A stretch of DNA of 63,526 nucleotides, filler included, from Octopus bimaculoides (lineage: Eukaryota): assembly GCF_001194135.2 (NCBI RefSeq). It is 4 parts of 4 records of this genome, joined end to end, with 100 filler letters (N's around TTAATTAATTAA, not from the genome) between each part and the next. Parts side by side here need not be neighbours in the genome. Positions count along the whole stretch, not along the records: positions 1 to 24,986 come from NC_068987.1; positions 25,087 to 48,996 come from NC_068998.1; 2 more parts are not named here. One strand, written 5' to 3'. Shown here piece after piece: positions 23,652 to 38,339 of this stretch (position 1 is the first letter of the stretch; each line of letters starts with the position of its first letter). Under the pieces are notes generated by a model. It worked only from the letters and a program-made list of their open reading frames with translations. It did no database searches and was not told the origin of the DNA. A program made the translations under genes and the position numbers.

Positions 23652-24719
23652 TAAATTTCTTTTCAGAGATTTTGTTATTTAAGTTTTCGTTCATGCCCCA
23701 TTGCTACAAGCATTGTGGCGTCTGCAACAAGAACAAAGAGATCATAGAGTTTAGGACCAGGTTTCAATTCCTTCCGTCTGTAGTGATTTTCACTTCACAT
23801 TCATGCTCTTTGGAATCATCATCATCATCATCACCATCATCAACATCATCACCATCTTCATTGTCGTCGTTGTCATCATCATCAGAACTGCTTTGCTCTC
23901 GATATATATATATATAGGCACAGGAGGGAGTGAAACTCTGAGTAACATTTTTTTATTATACGTGCCACCCGCACAGGAGCAAGTCCAGCGGCACTGGCAA
24001 TGACTTTGCTTGAATGCTTTTTCACGTGCCATCGGCACACGGGAGCCAGTCAACTGCTCTGGCAGCGATCACGCTCGGATGGTGCTCTTAGCACTCCACT
24101 GGCATGGGCGGCAGTCACGTACATATAAACACACACACACACACACACACACACAAATACATACACACACACACACACACACAATTGGCTTCTTTGGTTT
24201 CCATCTACCAAGTTCACTCACAAAGCTTTGGTCAGCCTGGAGCTAGAGTAGAAGACACTAGTCCAAGTTGCCACACCACGGGACTGAACCCAAGACCACA
24301 TGGTTAGGAAGCAGGCTTCTTAACCACACAGCCACGTCTGATGTGCATGTAAATGTGCACAAACACACAGACTATACATATTAAAATCTATGCACACACA
24401 CACACACACACACACACGTGTGTGTGTGGAAGAATATAAAATAAAGAATTGCAACAGTTGTGAAATGCAACAAAGAACAGTGAATCGTCTGCCAATAAAT
24501 CTGGCAGATATTCAAATGCTGCTCATGGAATTGCTGGAATTCTGAGATATGTTGTCCTATGAGCTTTGTGATAAACCAGAAAGTCAATCAAAGAATTTAT
24601 TCCTGTATAATCCTTTCTCTTACTCCGTAGTGAAGCTGGCAAAGTTTTCAGTTTGGTAAAGGTCAAAGAAAAACAGCAAAGTCTGTTTAGACTATATCAT
24701 CATTACAATTAATTACCAA

Positions 24720-24986
24720 AGTCGTTGTCGTTGTTGTTATTGTCATCGCTGTCATTGCCGTCATCATCGTCGTCATGTCACCATCGCAGTTTTTGTTGCT
24801 GTCATCATCGTCATCACCATCATCGTCATCTTCGTCATCACCATCGTCGTCGTCTTTGTCATTAGCATCGTCGTCATTTTCGTCATCACCATCGTCGTCA
24901 TCTTCGTCATCACCATCGTCGTCATCTTCGTCATCATCTTCGTCATCACCATCGTCGTCATCTTCGTCATCACCATCGTCGTCATC
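24720..24986. repeat. (TCA/TCG)n-derived complex trinucleotide repeat with about 24-bp higher-order unit
   Basis: CATCACCATCGTCGTCATCTTCGT recurs up to the gap. Confidence 0.85.
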
Positions 24987-25086
24987 NNNNNNNNNNNNNN
25001 NNNNNNNNNNNNNNNNNNNNNNNNNNNNNNTTAATTAATTAANNNNNNNNNNNNNNNNNNNNNNNNNNNNNNNNNNNNNNNNNNNN
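24987..25086. other. Artificial scaffold join: 44 N + TTAATTAATTAA + 44 N
   Basis: An identical 100-bp construct occurs at 48997-49096 and 56672-56771. Confidence 0.93.
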
Positions 25087-25118
<32 letters not shown>

Positions 25119-25347
25119 AGAGAGTGGTAATGAGAGATAAGGAGAGGGAAATTTTACAAATGCAGGAGATATATATTACGCAGATATCTGGAATGAAATT
25201 CTTCGCGTAAAATTGTTGAGCACAGGACCCAATTGGTGTAACTACATAATATATTAAAGTTTAGAGACAACACACACACACACACCTAAACATATACACA
25301 CACACATCTAAATATATACATATGTATACACGCATATACATACGTAC

Positions 25348-25392
<45 letters not shown>

Positions 25393-26260
25393 TGTGTGTG
25401 TATTTGACAAAAACTGCTCAAATATATCATTAATATACTTATATACATATTTTTTTCTGGGCATGAATTTCGATGTTTGTTAAGACTCAAAACTTAGAGA
25501 AGAAGGTTGTAATGCTGAAAGGAAGACAAAAAGACCGTGTTTCATTAGTTACGTTTCCCACGATGTATTTTTGCTACAAAGAAGGTGTCGCGCATTTATC
25601 TTTCAAGAGACACTCGTTTCTCCGCATCTAATTACAGACATTTTATGTAATGAGTATCTACTATTTGAAATAATGATTTACTGAATGAATATTACTTAAT
25701 GAAACCAGAAATAGAAATACTTCCTTGGTAGATGATTACGCTCCTAGTTTTATTGGAATTACTTTGGTTAGTATAACTCTTCCTCCTATACATTGACATT
25801 CAGCTGCATCACATATGTTTATGTTAAAGCTTTTGTATTGGATATTGCTGTATCTTTTACATTTAATGGGAGAGATTATATAAGTTACCTGTGTTACATA
25901 TTGAATGAAATGTTTAGCATCTTTGAGCATTGGGGAGTCTATTTTCTAATATATTCGAGATCCGTGTGCTAAGATTAAAGCTTATCTTAAAAGTTATATA
26001 TTGTGAATTCTCATGGTTGCGTCCTTTGTAATAAATCATTCACAAATTTTTCACCCTGAAATTTGTATAAAATATGAGCATCAAATTCGTGTCTGGAGTT
26101 CTTAAAATATTACCTGCTAAAACGTAGCACGCAGCCACGCAGAAGTAAGCAAAATTATAAAAACGAACATTAAATAACATTGCTAACAATAGTGATAATT
26201 CCAATCATAACTCAAAAAATATCAATAAAATAATATCAAAAATGTCAGTTATTATCATTA

Positions 26261-26310
<50 letters not shown>

Positions 26311-26687
26311 GTTGTTATTATTATTATTGTTGTTGTTGTTATTTTATATCTACATTAGCACATCGTGTGAATCCCAGAGATGTTCATGTATTTATTCACT
26401 TTGCATTTCGTTCAGACTAAAACATTCGTGACTGTTACATCTTCACGCAGTAAAACCCTTGCAGTAATTCCTCTTTATAAAAGAAACAGAAAATTTAATT
26501 AGAAAAATACTGCTACTACGCATTCACGCAAATATATGTATGTGTACAAGGGGAATGTGCACTAGCCATTTTTTTAATACAAATACGCATATCCACTCAT
26601 GCACATACAGGCACGCAGAAACAAACACACCATGAAGTATTTATGTGTGTATGAGTGTTAACGTGTATTTGTGTGCGTGTGTATATG

Positions 26688-26720
<33 letters not shown>

Positions 26721-26819
26721 ATATATGCATACATCCATATCTATATACATACATACATACACACACATATATTCTCGTGATTAATAAGTTCTCGTATATT
26801 TCATCTTCCGTCTTTCATT

Positions 26820-26861
<42 letters not shown>

Positions 26862-27842
26862 CCATGTGTGTGTATGCATGTGTGAAATGCTTACGAATAC
26901 TCATTCATGAACGATAGCATTATCAAGAATTTGGATTTGCTTCATATGGAAAGTAACGTTTGTTTACTTCGTACGAATCATATTTTATCATGTGGTTTCT
27001 CTAAATCATCGCACGAATACAAAAATCAAATGCATATTTGTTTTGGCTGACGATATATTTTGCATTTAATTGTTTTACAGTTAAATAGAATAACACACAA
27101 AAATATATTTAGGTATTTAATCTCGTAATCATAAACCCTTCTCTTCTTCAGAATACACATGAGGTTGCATACATGTCATTAATTTGAAATAGAAAAAAAA
27201 TTAACTAATACCAGATAATTAATAACACGATTATGAACGCCATTATTTTGTTAAAGTCATTATTTACATTCTTTCTGAGATATATGAATGGTGTTAGGGT
27301 AAATTTTGGGGGAGGGGATCCGCTGGGATTGAAGCGGATGATGTGTGAGTTAGTAATGTCATATATCATTGAATCTTTATATGTTAAAAATGCTAACTGA
27401 GATTTGTGATGTGTATGTGTGTGATGTTGCCTTACTGCAGCCTTTGTTGATAATTTAGACTGAATATACTTTGACTACCTTCAAAAATGTATTACCATGG
27501 GTATTGTTAGGTGTTAGTGAGCATCGTGATCCCTATTAGAATCGTGAAGTCTAATATTTCTGATTTTGGTTGGAGGAGTAGCATTTTAGAATTAAGAATC
27601 CCGCATTTGCTTTTGAGGGTAACATTTCTGTAAGGTAGAAGAAAGTGAAAATTTGCTGAATAGCTATTTATAATGCATATTAAATTTATTTTCACAGGGC
27701 TTCAGAATGTTTAATGCGTGTAAGAGCCCGATAAGTGCACTTGCCTTATATAGCTTGATAGTTTATCTAAGATTATTACAATGTTGTATGGTATGCTATA
27801 AATCATCTTGCTATTGCTAACGATATAAATTACTCTATAATA

Positions 27843-28160
27843 TAAGGTCTGTACAAAAAGTTGCCCTACTTTATAGTAGGGAACCATGAGGCCAGGAGTT
27901 CGTACTCGTGACTGGTATATAGTGCCTGTGTAACAGCTACATCACGCTACGTCATATAGACATTGGTCGCCGCCGGATAAAGAGAACATCAGCGTAGTGC
28001 AATTGTCTATGTACTGGATGTTAAACTAAGAATTACAGAATATTGTCTTTGCATGAAAATACATTTTAAATTAGGTAAAGCCATTTAAAGAGACATCTGT
28101 AATAACGCAATACATCTATAGAGTGGTTTGTCCTATTCGTACTCATTATGATATGTGATA
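27843..28160 (+). mobile_element. Possible decayed mariner 5' end
   Basis: TA-TAAGGTCTGTACAAAAAGT resembles a mariner TIR. The downstream MKIHFKLGKAI*...GLSYS resembles the mariner N-terminal HTH. No partner TIR was found. Confidence 0.35.
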
Positions 28161-28690
28161 TCACATATTCAAAATGAGAATACCATCTACATGTCTATCT
28201 ACAACAATGATCACAATGACCACAACAAAAGGACATGATGTGAATCAGAATACATTCTTCACGTGACTTTTCACAAAGTTTTCTCTAGAATTGGCGTCAA
28301 TAAGTATGACAAAACAAAATCTTGATCTTAGCCTTCCTATGCAATGAACTTGGTCATTTTGGATATTTTGTTCCCTTACATAAACCCGACACGAAAACGG
28401 ATCAGATTGCAGACAAACTAGTAGAGATAGAAACTGCCTGTTGTGACACTAAGAAAATGAAAAAAAAAAGTATTTAATAAAAAAAAAATTTAGCAATTGC
28501 TATCTCCAGAAGAATATATATATTCATGTTGCACAAGGATGTCTGATAAACTACAATTAAAGTATTATTATTTTTCAGCTTTCGAGCAGACTTTGCAGTG
28601 ACATGCATTATATTTCATACTAGTAGCAAATATTTTCATAATTTTCGTTTTCCCCGAATCTATTTTATTTAGTTAGTTGTATGATGTAGA

Positions 28691-30694
28691 GATAATGCCC
28701 GCAATCTTCTCTGACACACCACAGTTTCGTAAGTTGTCCCAGATTATCTGCCTGTCTACGCTGTTAAATGCTTTTTCAAAGTCGATGAAGCACACATAGG
28801 GTGACGTTTGCCATTCCATTGTCTGCTCCAAGCAATCTGCTCCGTGCAGGATCTCACCTTTCTGAAACCTCCCTGCTCATCTCTGAATTGCTTGTCAATG
28901 GTATCTTTCAATCGCTCCAGGATGATTCAAAGGACTTTGTTTGGAATTGAAATCAAGGTAATTCTCTTTCACTTTTCGCATTGTGATAAATCTCCACTCT
29001 TCGGCATCTTCACCAAAAGCCCCTTCTTCTTCTAGTCGGTTGGGATATTCTCTGTCGTCCATACAAGGTTCAGCACATGGTGCATATGATCGATCATCTC
29101 TACTCTCCCTGCCTTCTGTGCTTCTGCTGGTATGCCACTACTGTGCCCTTTCCGTTCTTTAAGCTCTTCACGGCGGCTTTGCGGATTTATGGTTTGGTGA
29201 TTTCTCTAATGCGATTATTGAGCGGTATCCCTGGCCCCAATTCTGGCGGATCTTGAGGTGGAGGGTGGTTAAATGTTTCTTGAATGAGTTCCTTCCATCT
29301 CGCCAGTTGGTCCTCAATGGAAGTCAGTAACCGTCCAGCCTTTTCATTTAATGGTTTGACGGCGTGCCTCTCCTTCCACTCAGTAACCTTATTGTTGCAT
29401 ATAGTGTCATCACGTCTCCTTTCCTCGCTGCTGTTTCCACTTCGTCGGCCACTTCGTTGAGGTATGTTCTTCTGTCTCTCCTTAGTTTCTTCTTGACTCC
29501 TCTCACCACCTCACTACATTACTGGCGATGACATGCTTCTGCTTGGTTCAACTCCCTGCTTCAGCATCTTCTGGCTTGGTTCAACTCCTGCTTCAACATC
29601 TTCCTCTCCTCCACATGCTGCTAAGTCTCGTCACTTATCCAATGCTTCCTGTTCACTAGTCGTCTTCCCAGAACCTCTTTGCACACTCCAACTGTAGCCT
29701 CCTTCAAATTTGTCCAGGATTGTTTCACAGCTGCCTCTACCTCCCCTGTCTGTAGGGCTTCAAATCGATTGTGGATAGCCAACTGGGAAGCCTGTTTTGA
29801 CTCTTCTTATTTTCAGTACGAAGAGTTCTCTTGCCAGGTCATCCATGCTGGGAGATTGTCGGAAGAATTCAGGGACAGTACGGGAGTCAGACAGGGTTGT
29901 TTGTTGTCACCGCTCCTGTTCCTCGTCGTGCTGGACTGGATCACCAGGACGGCCTACGCTACCTCCGGGAAAGGTATTCAGTGGACACTGATGAACAAGC
30001 TGGAGGACTTGGACTACGCAGGCGATCTCGCGCTACTGTCACATCGCCTGCAAGACATACAAGATAAGGTAGACCACCTGAGAGAAACTTCGTGGCCAGT
30101 GGGCTTCAGGATTAGTCAGGAAAAGACAAATCAGGTGGAACAGACGAGGATATCACTGCAAGAAGCAAGAAAGCTTGGCAAGTCTTCCTTATTTTTCGGC
30201 CGGTATGGAAGTCTACTACTATCTCGACTCGAACTAAACTCCGCTTATTTAGTTCAAACGTAAACTCTGTGCTTTTGTATGGCTCTGAAACATGAAGAGC
30301 CACCTGCAACAACTACAAGAAGATCCAAACCTCCATCAACAAATGTCTGCGGCAGATCCCCCATCTGAAGTAGTTCGACAGAGTGCCAAACACCGAACTG
30401 TGGGAAAGGGCCAACTAGGAGCCCATACATGGTCAGATTAGACAAAGGGAATGGAGATGGATCGGACACACACTGCGGGAAGAACACTCAAATGTGACAC
30501 GACAAGCACTCGACTGGATCCCGCAGGGGGAAAGGAAGCGATGACGCTCGAAGCAGACATGGAAGTGGAGCATTTTGGATGAGCTCAGGACCACCAGCCT
30601 GACATGGGAAGCAGCAAAGAAACGCGCCAATGACGCAAAAAGTGGAAACTAATTGTTGAGGCTCTGCTCCAAAAAGGGCAAAAAGGATTGAGAG
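28691..30694. mobile_element. RTE-clade LINE, 5'-truncated with 5' inversion (28691 to about 29813 on -, about 29814-30694 on +)
   Basis: Minus part: AIHNRFEALQ...KHWISDET...GFRKVRSCTEQIA...YVCFIDFEKAFNSVDRQIIWDNLRNCGVSEKIAGII. Plus part: QYEEFSCQVIHAGRLSEEFRDSTGVRQGCLLSPLLF...LEDLDYAGDLALLSH...WRWIGHTLR. The 10-bp direct repeat ATGATGTAGA sits at 28681-28690 and 30695-30704. Confidence 0.9.
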
Positions 30695-32017
30695 ATGATG
30701 TAGAAGTGTATTTTGATGGAAATTGACTTTGCTCCTTTTGTATTAATGAATGATGTAGAATATGCTGTTCAAGGAACGTACTGTAAATTCTGTTATAGAT
30801 AGTACTGTTGTAGATAACAGAAAACGATTGAGTATGGTTACGGGTGGAACTTGACCCATAACGATTATTTGACATTTTTTGTTTTAATCTACGACTGTTC
30901 TGATAGCCGTTGAACAAGTTAAGAAACTATTTTACATGTTTTAGCTTGATGGGGTGTACCAGTTCAATATATGGTGATACGTTGAATTTTGCTTAGCAGC
31001 ATGTTCTATGTCTTCACGTAGTAAGTTCAAATTTCGCCGAAGTCCACTTGGCTTTGGATACATTCGTGGTAGATGAAATACGTACTAGGTAAGCATTTTG
31101 GTGGATGTAATCGACATGCACACTCCTGCAAAAATTTCAAGCGTTTTGCTTAGAGTTTCAAAGGATATTGATGTAAACTTTTGGCAGTAGGACGGTAAAT
31201 TAGGGAGTAAACCGCTTACATCCACCTCAGTCTTGTACTGGTATTTATTTTATCAATTCCGAAAGGACCAACAGTAGAGACGAACTCGGCGGAATTTGAA
31301 CTCACGACATAAAGACGGTCGAAATGTGGCTAAGTATTTTAACCAGCGTCGTAACGATTCTGACAGCTCACAGCTTCAGTGGGAAGGAATATTAGAATGT
31401 CATTCTTATTATCTCTTATTCTTGAACACTTAGACAAATAATTATATTGAAGTATTCTCTACTGAATGTATTTGTGAGAACTTAAAATTGCTCTACCTTT
31501 GGTGTTAGCTAATGGGAAGTTTTGAGAAGTTTACTTACATGTTTATACATACACACACACACACACACACGCACATACACACATATACACACACACACAC
31601 ACATACACACACACANNNNNNNNNNNNNNNNNNNNNNNNNNNNNNNNNNNNNNNNNNNNNNNNNNNNNNNNNNNNNNNNNNNNNNNNNNNNNNNNNNNNN
31701 NNNNNNNNNNNNNNNNNNNNATATATATGTATATATATATATAATGTTGTACATTGGAAGAACCATGACGCTAATAATAATGACACAGGCATAGATTTGA
31801 CTCTTCTTCAGTTGATTAAATGTCTAACCAACTCACTAATCGATTGTTGCCTTGATGTGTTGGCTAAACTATCAATCCGTTGTTTGCAGGTCAAGTTATT
31901 TTGTCGCCATCCGAAACTCAAAAAGCAAACCTTGACTAAACTTTGAATGAGAGGAAAATTCAGCAAGTTACCGAAATGTCAGAAATGGCGTACGAAATAA
32001 AAAAAACCAAGTATACA

Positions 32018-32081
<64 letters not shown>

Positions 32082-32213
32082 CATCTACAATATATATATA
32101 TATTTATATATATATATACATATATATATACACACATACATGCATACATACATGCATACATACATACATGCATACATATATATATTCACACACACGTACA
32201 CACACACACACAT

Positions 32214-32245
<32 letters not shown>

Positions 32246-35200
32246 GTGCGTGTGTATGAGAACGGTTGAGTTCAATTCCATCATTCTACCTCGTGGGGTG
32301 GGGTTCAAGGTTAGATTTCTAATAAAATTATTCATATTAAATTTGTAGCTTACTATTGTATTTTATGTTTAAATATGAAAATCATTACAAGTATAAATAG
32401 TGTTATGTGCATTTATAGATCACGTATCCTATATAAACTCAACACACAATTAAAGATGGAGAAGTGATGTTATATGTTTTTATAAAATTCTAGTCCATGC
32501 ACATCTAGACTAATCACTACCTAAGCATGTTATTATACTTCATCGTTCATAATCATTTTATGAATATCCAACTGAGTTATGTGACACAGACTCCATATAG
32601 TCTTCTGAAGCAACGTAATATACTTCTGATACTACCTTTCTGATGTGTTCTTCTTTTTTGAACTGAGGAGAATGGTAATATGTAATTAATTTAATTTAAT
32701 TATAATGATAATTATAATTAAATTTAATTATAAGTGACACACAGTGACTGATATAATAAAATAGAAACTTTCTATTTGTAAATCTCTCGGTGAGAGACTT
32801 TCAATAACAGTACTCTAGAATAATGATTATTTGACAACATAATGTGATAGTCGAATGTTACTGTTATGTAGCCCCAGGAATAATTGTCTCTAGCTGGCTA
32901 TACGACACATTATCTATGTCCTTATATTTTCGAACAAGGGAGTTTAGCATCTCCACTCAGCCCCAAACAATATTTATGTATCGCGATTTCTGAGCGTTTT
33001 CTCTTCTTCACCATATACATATATATTTATGTATATATGTATTTCTGTATGTATGTATGTATTTTTAATTCAATTAATATTACCACCTTACATTTTGAAA
33101 GGCTTCAGTTCTAGATAGGTGTTCTTTTGTGACAATTAAATATCGCTTCTGTTGTATATATACTAAATATAAAATGTAAACATATTATGAAGCATCAGTA
33201 AATATCCGTACATGTTTATCGACCACAGCACCATTTGGTTGCACACTGATACGACCACTACATCTAAAAACCCTGTATGTGTATTGCTTATCCAGTCGTT
33301 TTTGTTTACAAAGAAACAGAATCTGATTATTTAAAAGGTTTTTAATTCGTGAGAGTTGCATTTACATACGTATTCAACTATTGCTGAGACGTTGTAACAT
33401 GATAATATTGCTTTATGTTTTAATCACTGGGACCTGTCATTGTTAATTTTTCTTCAAGACCGGTCATGATGTTAAATATTTCTTACCCATTTCATTTTGG
33501 TCGAGTTTATTATATTTAAGCAATTTATTATACGTAAATCTGCAGAGAATGTTTGCATGCAGATTTGTAGCTTCAATCTTTCACTTACGACAAAAATTTC
33601 CTGTAGTCCTTGTTAGCCTGAAGAAGCCCCTATATGTAATACTGTGTTGGAGAAACCATTTGACTGCACACGCTTGCAGTCAAATTAATACTTTAAAGTT
33701 TAATTATCTAAAAAATATTTTAATACAGAGCAGTTATATAACGATATGCAGTTGTCAAACATTTTTTGAATTATTAATTCCATTTCATTTTCTATTGCAT
33801 GTGGGTTCATTTTGAAACGTAACTTTCTGCTTTGCTTCGGAAAACAAATATATAGCCCAAAGTACATAAAATTCATTTTGAATACATTATGAAATTTTGT
33901 TCCAGGAACGTTGATGTTGTAAATATTTCTATACATCGATCAAAAAGGCTTTACGATATTAAAAAATGTAAAAGTATTTAGTAGAAAAGATATAACTTTG
34001 AAATGTTCTTTACCACTTAATATTGAGAATTAATATCCACACGTATAATACATAAACACACAAACACACGCACATAAATACAAGTGTATATTTGCACGTG
34101 CTTTTGTAGCGTATCATATTTATTTCCTTTGGATTGATATAAAGCAAAATGTTCTAAAAGTTTTATTGTAGCTTTACCATGATTAACGAGGAAATGTGGA
34201 TATATTAGACATATTTCGTTCCTTCCCGTCTGGAGATTTGTAAAGAATAGCGACTATACTAAAAGTAACAATAACAAAATGTTTGTCCTTTAATGCATAT
34301 ATTACACACCTTTATTCAATAATCAAAGTATTATTGCTATTTGTATTGAAGTAATCTTTTAAAGCACATGATAAAAATATACAGAAAAAGAATGCGCAGA
34401 TATTTTTTTTTTATTTGATGCTTAAATTTTTATTTTCTTTGGAGAGTATCTTTAACTAATCTACTATAGCAAACATAAAACTGCAACATCGCTTTCTCAC
34501 ATGAAGTATCATGTAATTTTAATTATTCCATTAATATCTTGTAAAGAGTAATCACATCATTATTGGCCTAAACAGAAACGCAGAAATATAAAGAATATTA
34601 CAGTGATATACTTTGCCCTGCTCTTAATAATATTTCATTTAATGCAAAGATATTAACCCATGAATGTGTAGTAAATCAAAATACTGCATGCAATTTATAA
34701 ATTTGTCTCTTATTTATATGCATTTAGACATTATTTTTCACACCCACAAATTCTCTGCTGGTTCAAGAAAAATATATATTATAGAAGAAATTCTCAGCTA
34801 ATCTCATTAATGTTATTAATGATATTTTTTTATATCAGCATATAATATATAAGATACCCGTTGATTTGCTTTTATCACGGAAGCCAATTATAAATGGGTA
34901 ATATACTTATAAATATCCGTAATATAAAGAGTTCTTATTTGAGACAGATGGCAAACAAACGTATCTAAATTTTCACAACACAAAAAATAGATATATCGCA
35001 ATCTACTTGGCAACATCATTCAATGTCTACAGAGAATTTGCTATAAAAAAGAGGGCCCAGCGTAGACAAAATAAGTAACGGATACAGAAGATGCGAATGC
35101 AGGTACTTGACCACAAATGGTGTCATATGGATATAAGTGAGAACATTGATATGAAATTTTGGCACAATGCAACCCGAAGAGTGGATCACTGTATTACAAA

Positions 35201-36822
35201 TACAGTTTGTATCAAAACAATTGTGCATAATCAGGAGTGTGGGAAATGTACAAAATATGAAAGTACACACATTATATTTGTATGTAACTTTTCTGATCAT
35301 CCTAGTTCAAAGATATTCCCTAATGGTTCATCTGTCACATAACAATTATGGACGTCATACATTCCTCCACTTCCACTCCGTCCTCCTCCTACTGCTACTG
35401 CTGCTATTGATGATGATGGTGGTTTGTATGATGATGATGAATATGATGATGATAATAATAATATGAATTATTTTCATTGTCGATCAAAAGTGTCTAATAC
35501 AAAGCAAAAAGGGACAATACAAAACAAATGATGAGTGGGGCTTAGTGCAAAGATACATGTATACAAGAAAACAATAAACATTAAAACTATTTAAATAAAA
35601 AAAAATCTTCCAATGAGTCGGAGTTCTGTCCAGAGCGGACAAAGGAACCTCACATCCACTGGTCACACCGACCACTGAGAGTATTTTAGGCAGGCACGTC
35701 TCTCCTCCTCAACGCTTCCGACTAATAGGAATGGGTTCATACGGGCCATTCTGACCACATTATTCCACTTTTCAACAGAATTACTGGGGGCAACACTCTG
35801 TACTCCTCCTTATTCATGTGGAACTTGAAAGAGTCGATGAGGGCTGGCCAAAGAGAAAGTGTCGGCTGTTTGGTATATTAATCTCAAAATGATGTGATAT
35901 AATTGCTATCAGAAATAGAAAAAATACAAAAAAAAAAACACACTTACACTAGAGATAAACATGACGTAGAGGTTTGAAAGGGAAGTAATTCCCAAATCTT
36001 GGGTATGGATAATTTATTTTTCTAACAAGTACCTTATCAAAATTCTTCGAGTTACATGTGTAGAACATATTACACACAATAAATTCCCATTGAAACAAAA
36101 AGTCTGTTTTCATAAGATCAGTAAGAACAGTCTAAGAGTACTTATATTAACAGAATTGGTCTCATTTGGAGACACGGTTCATACTATATGAAACTTATAT
36201 AAAATATGTACATGTACAAAACTTAAGTTGATATATTTAGAATTTTGGCTAAATCTACTTACACTAAATAAATAAGATGCAAACCTGTAGAGAATAAGAC
36301 GTCTTTACATAACTAGGATCTTGGCATTTTACGATTTGAAACAATTCCAAACAATTGCAAAACAGGTGTCCTGCTTCTGAATTTGATTATTCATTTACTT
36401 TTCCTTCCACATTTTCTGTTATTTTCAACAACTATCTTGGTAGATATCTGTCGCAATGTCCACTGATTTGCTTCCACCCAATCATCTGTCATAAGCTGTG
36501 TGTTCTTTCTCAAGTTTTTGTTTAAATATTAACTTCTCTTAAATTATTCTCGTATACAATTATTTATGGGAAAATGCCTATTTTATTTAAGAAATCCCGA
36601 TACAACAATTTTCATGAATGTTTACTTCTAGAGGCAGTTGTATAACCACGAATAACAATACCTCTAGCTATTTACCTGAACATATATATCGTAAGTTAAT
36701 AAGAATAATAACCAGATTTCTTGTAAAGCAGGAAACAATTTCACATCTATCTGATAATTTTAATATCTGTCCCTCTCTCACTTTCTGATATGCACTCTCT
36801 CTTTTCTCCATACATATATGCG

Positions 36823-36867
<45 letters not shown>

Positions 36868-37859
36868 GCATGTGTGTATGTGTGTGTGAGTGGGGTGGTG
36901 GTGTCCTATAACTATAAACTATATTTGCAAAACCCAGCGAGTTGATTCCTAAATAAAATATATAAATATGTACGTATATGCACAAGACGCACACGTAAGC
37001 ACATAGACAAATGCACACATAGACACACATGTATATAAATGCATTAAGCCTTTCCCACACACGCATTCGGTATATTAACATACATTGACATTGAAATATA
37101 TTAACTTTACTTACATGTATGTACCTCTAATAAGTTTTATTGATGTATCTCTTAGATTATAAACATCAACTATAAATTCAGATTTTCTAGATGCTCTATA
37201 GAAAGAGTCACTTCAGGTATCTGTAGTTACACTCTTATGTACATTTTCCACAATCGCTAAAAAGTACAAAAGGAACAAGCACACTTTTGCTTTTGCAAAT
37301 GTAACATAAAATAAAGAATTGATTTCAAATTTTGGCACAATGCCAGCAATTTCTGGGGAGTGGTTAATTCGATCACATCGCACCCAGCACTCAACTGGAA
37401 ACTATTTTATCGACTCCAAAAGAAAAAAAAAAGAAAAATCAACCTCGGTGGAATTTGAACACAAAACATAAAGACGAATGAGATGACACGCATCATTTTG
37501 CTCGTGCAGACACACATTATATAAGTAATTATAAATCTACTGATATGTATGCAATATCCGTCTAACTACATGTATATATANNNNNNNNNNNNNNNNNNNN
37601 NNNNNNNNNNNNNNNNNNNNNNNNNNNNNNNNNNNNNNNNNNNNNNNNNNNNNNNNNNNNNNNNNNNNNNNNNNNNNNNNNNNNNNNNNNNNNNNNNNNN
37701 NNNNNNNNNNNNNNNNNNNNNNNNNNNNNNNNNNNNNNNNNNNNNNNNNNNNNNNNNNNNNNNNNNNNNNNNNNNNNNNNNNNNNNNNNNNNATATATAT
37801 ATACTAAACATTAAACGGGGCTTTTTTTACTCCAAGGACAGCTATCTTTGCGTCGGTAG

Positions 37860-38175
37860 TCATCATTTCAGTTGAATCAATGTATATGAAGAACCAGATG
37901 AGATGGTCTGGCCATATTGCTTGCATAACGGTGAAGGCACAATCAAACAGCTATGCTATGGCGAGCTTGCAAAAGGGGATCCCAATCGGTGTAAGCCTAA
38001 AAAAAGTTTTAAGGACCGCAGAAGGATTACAATGAAGTCATTTGGAATGGATTCAAATGCGATAGAAACGCCTGCTTCCGATCGAGCTGGATTGCGAACA
38101 AAATTGTAGAGAGGAGTGAAAGCATTAGAGGAGGTTAGGAAAGCACATGCAAGACTCAAGAAAGTCTGCTTAAGG
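37860..38175 (+). mobile_element. RTE (BovB-like) LINE 3' fragment, decayed
   Basis: SVESMYMKNQMRWSGHI...KQLCYGELAKGDPNRCKPKKSFKD matches the RTE QLRW.GHV/K.LLYGEL..G.R..G.P.K.FKD motif. Confidence 0.75.
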
Positions 38176-38339
38176 AGTAGACAACCATCATATAAATATA
38201 TATGTTATGTCCCGTTATTTGCATTTGTATTTGTGTAACATTTCTCCGTTTTTTCCTCCTCGTATTCGTATACATTCGCTGCTTTCTTCCAAGGAATCTA
38301 ATGCACTTAGCTTAGTTTTCCTTGGGACTGGCCAGATTG

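Noticed and set aside
24381-24600. Candidate next RECQL exon before the scaffold join
   Set aside because: No GRD start, no RQC cysteine pattern in the proper frame and no good acceptor.
24773-24986. Asp-rich reading frame on the minus strand (DDDGDDE repeats)
   Set aside because: It drifts out of frame into MTT repeats, has no splice context and is typical of non-coding GAT/GAC microsatellite.
35091-35342. 83-aa Cys-containing ORF (MRMQVLDHKW...)
   Set aside because: No recognisable homology or splice-supported context, and the length is within chance expectation.
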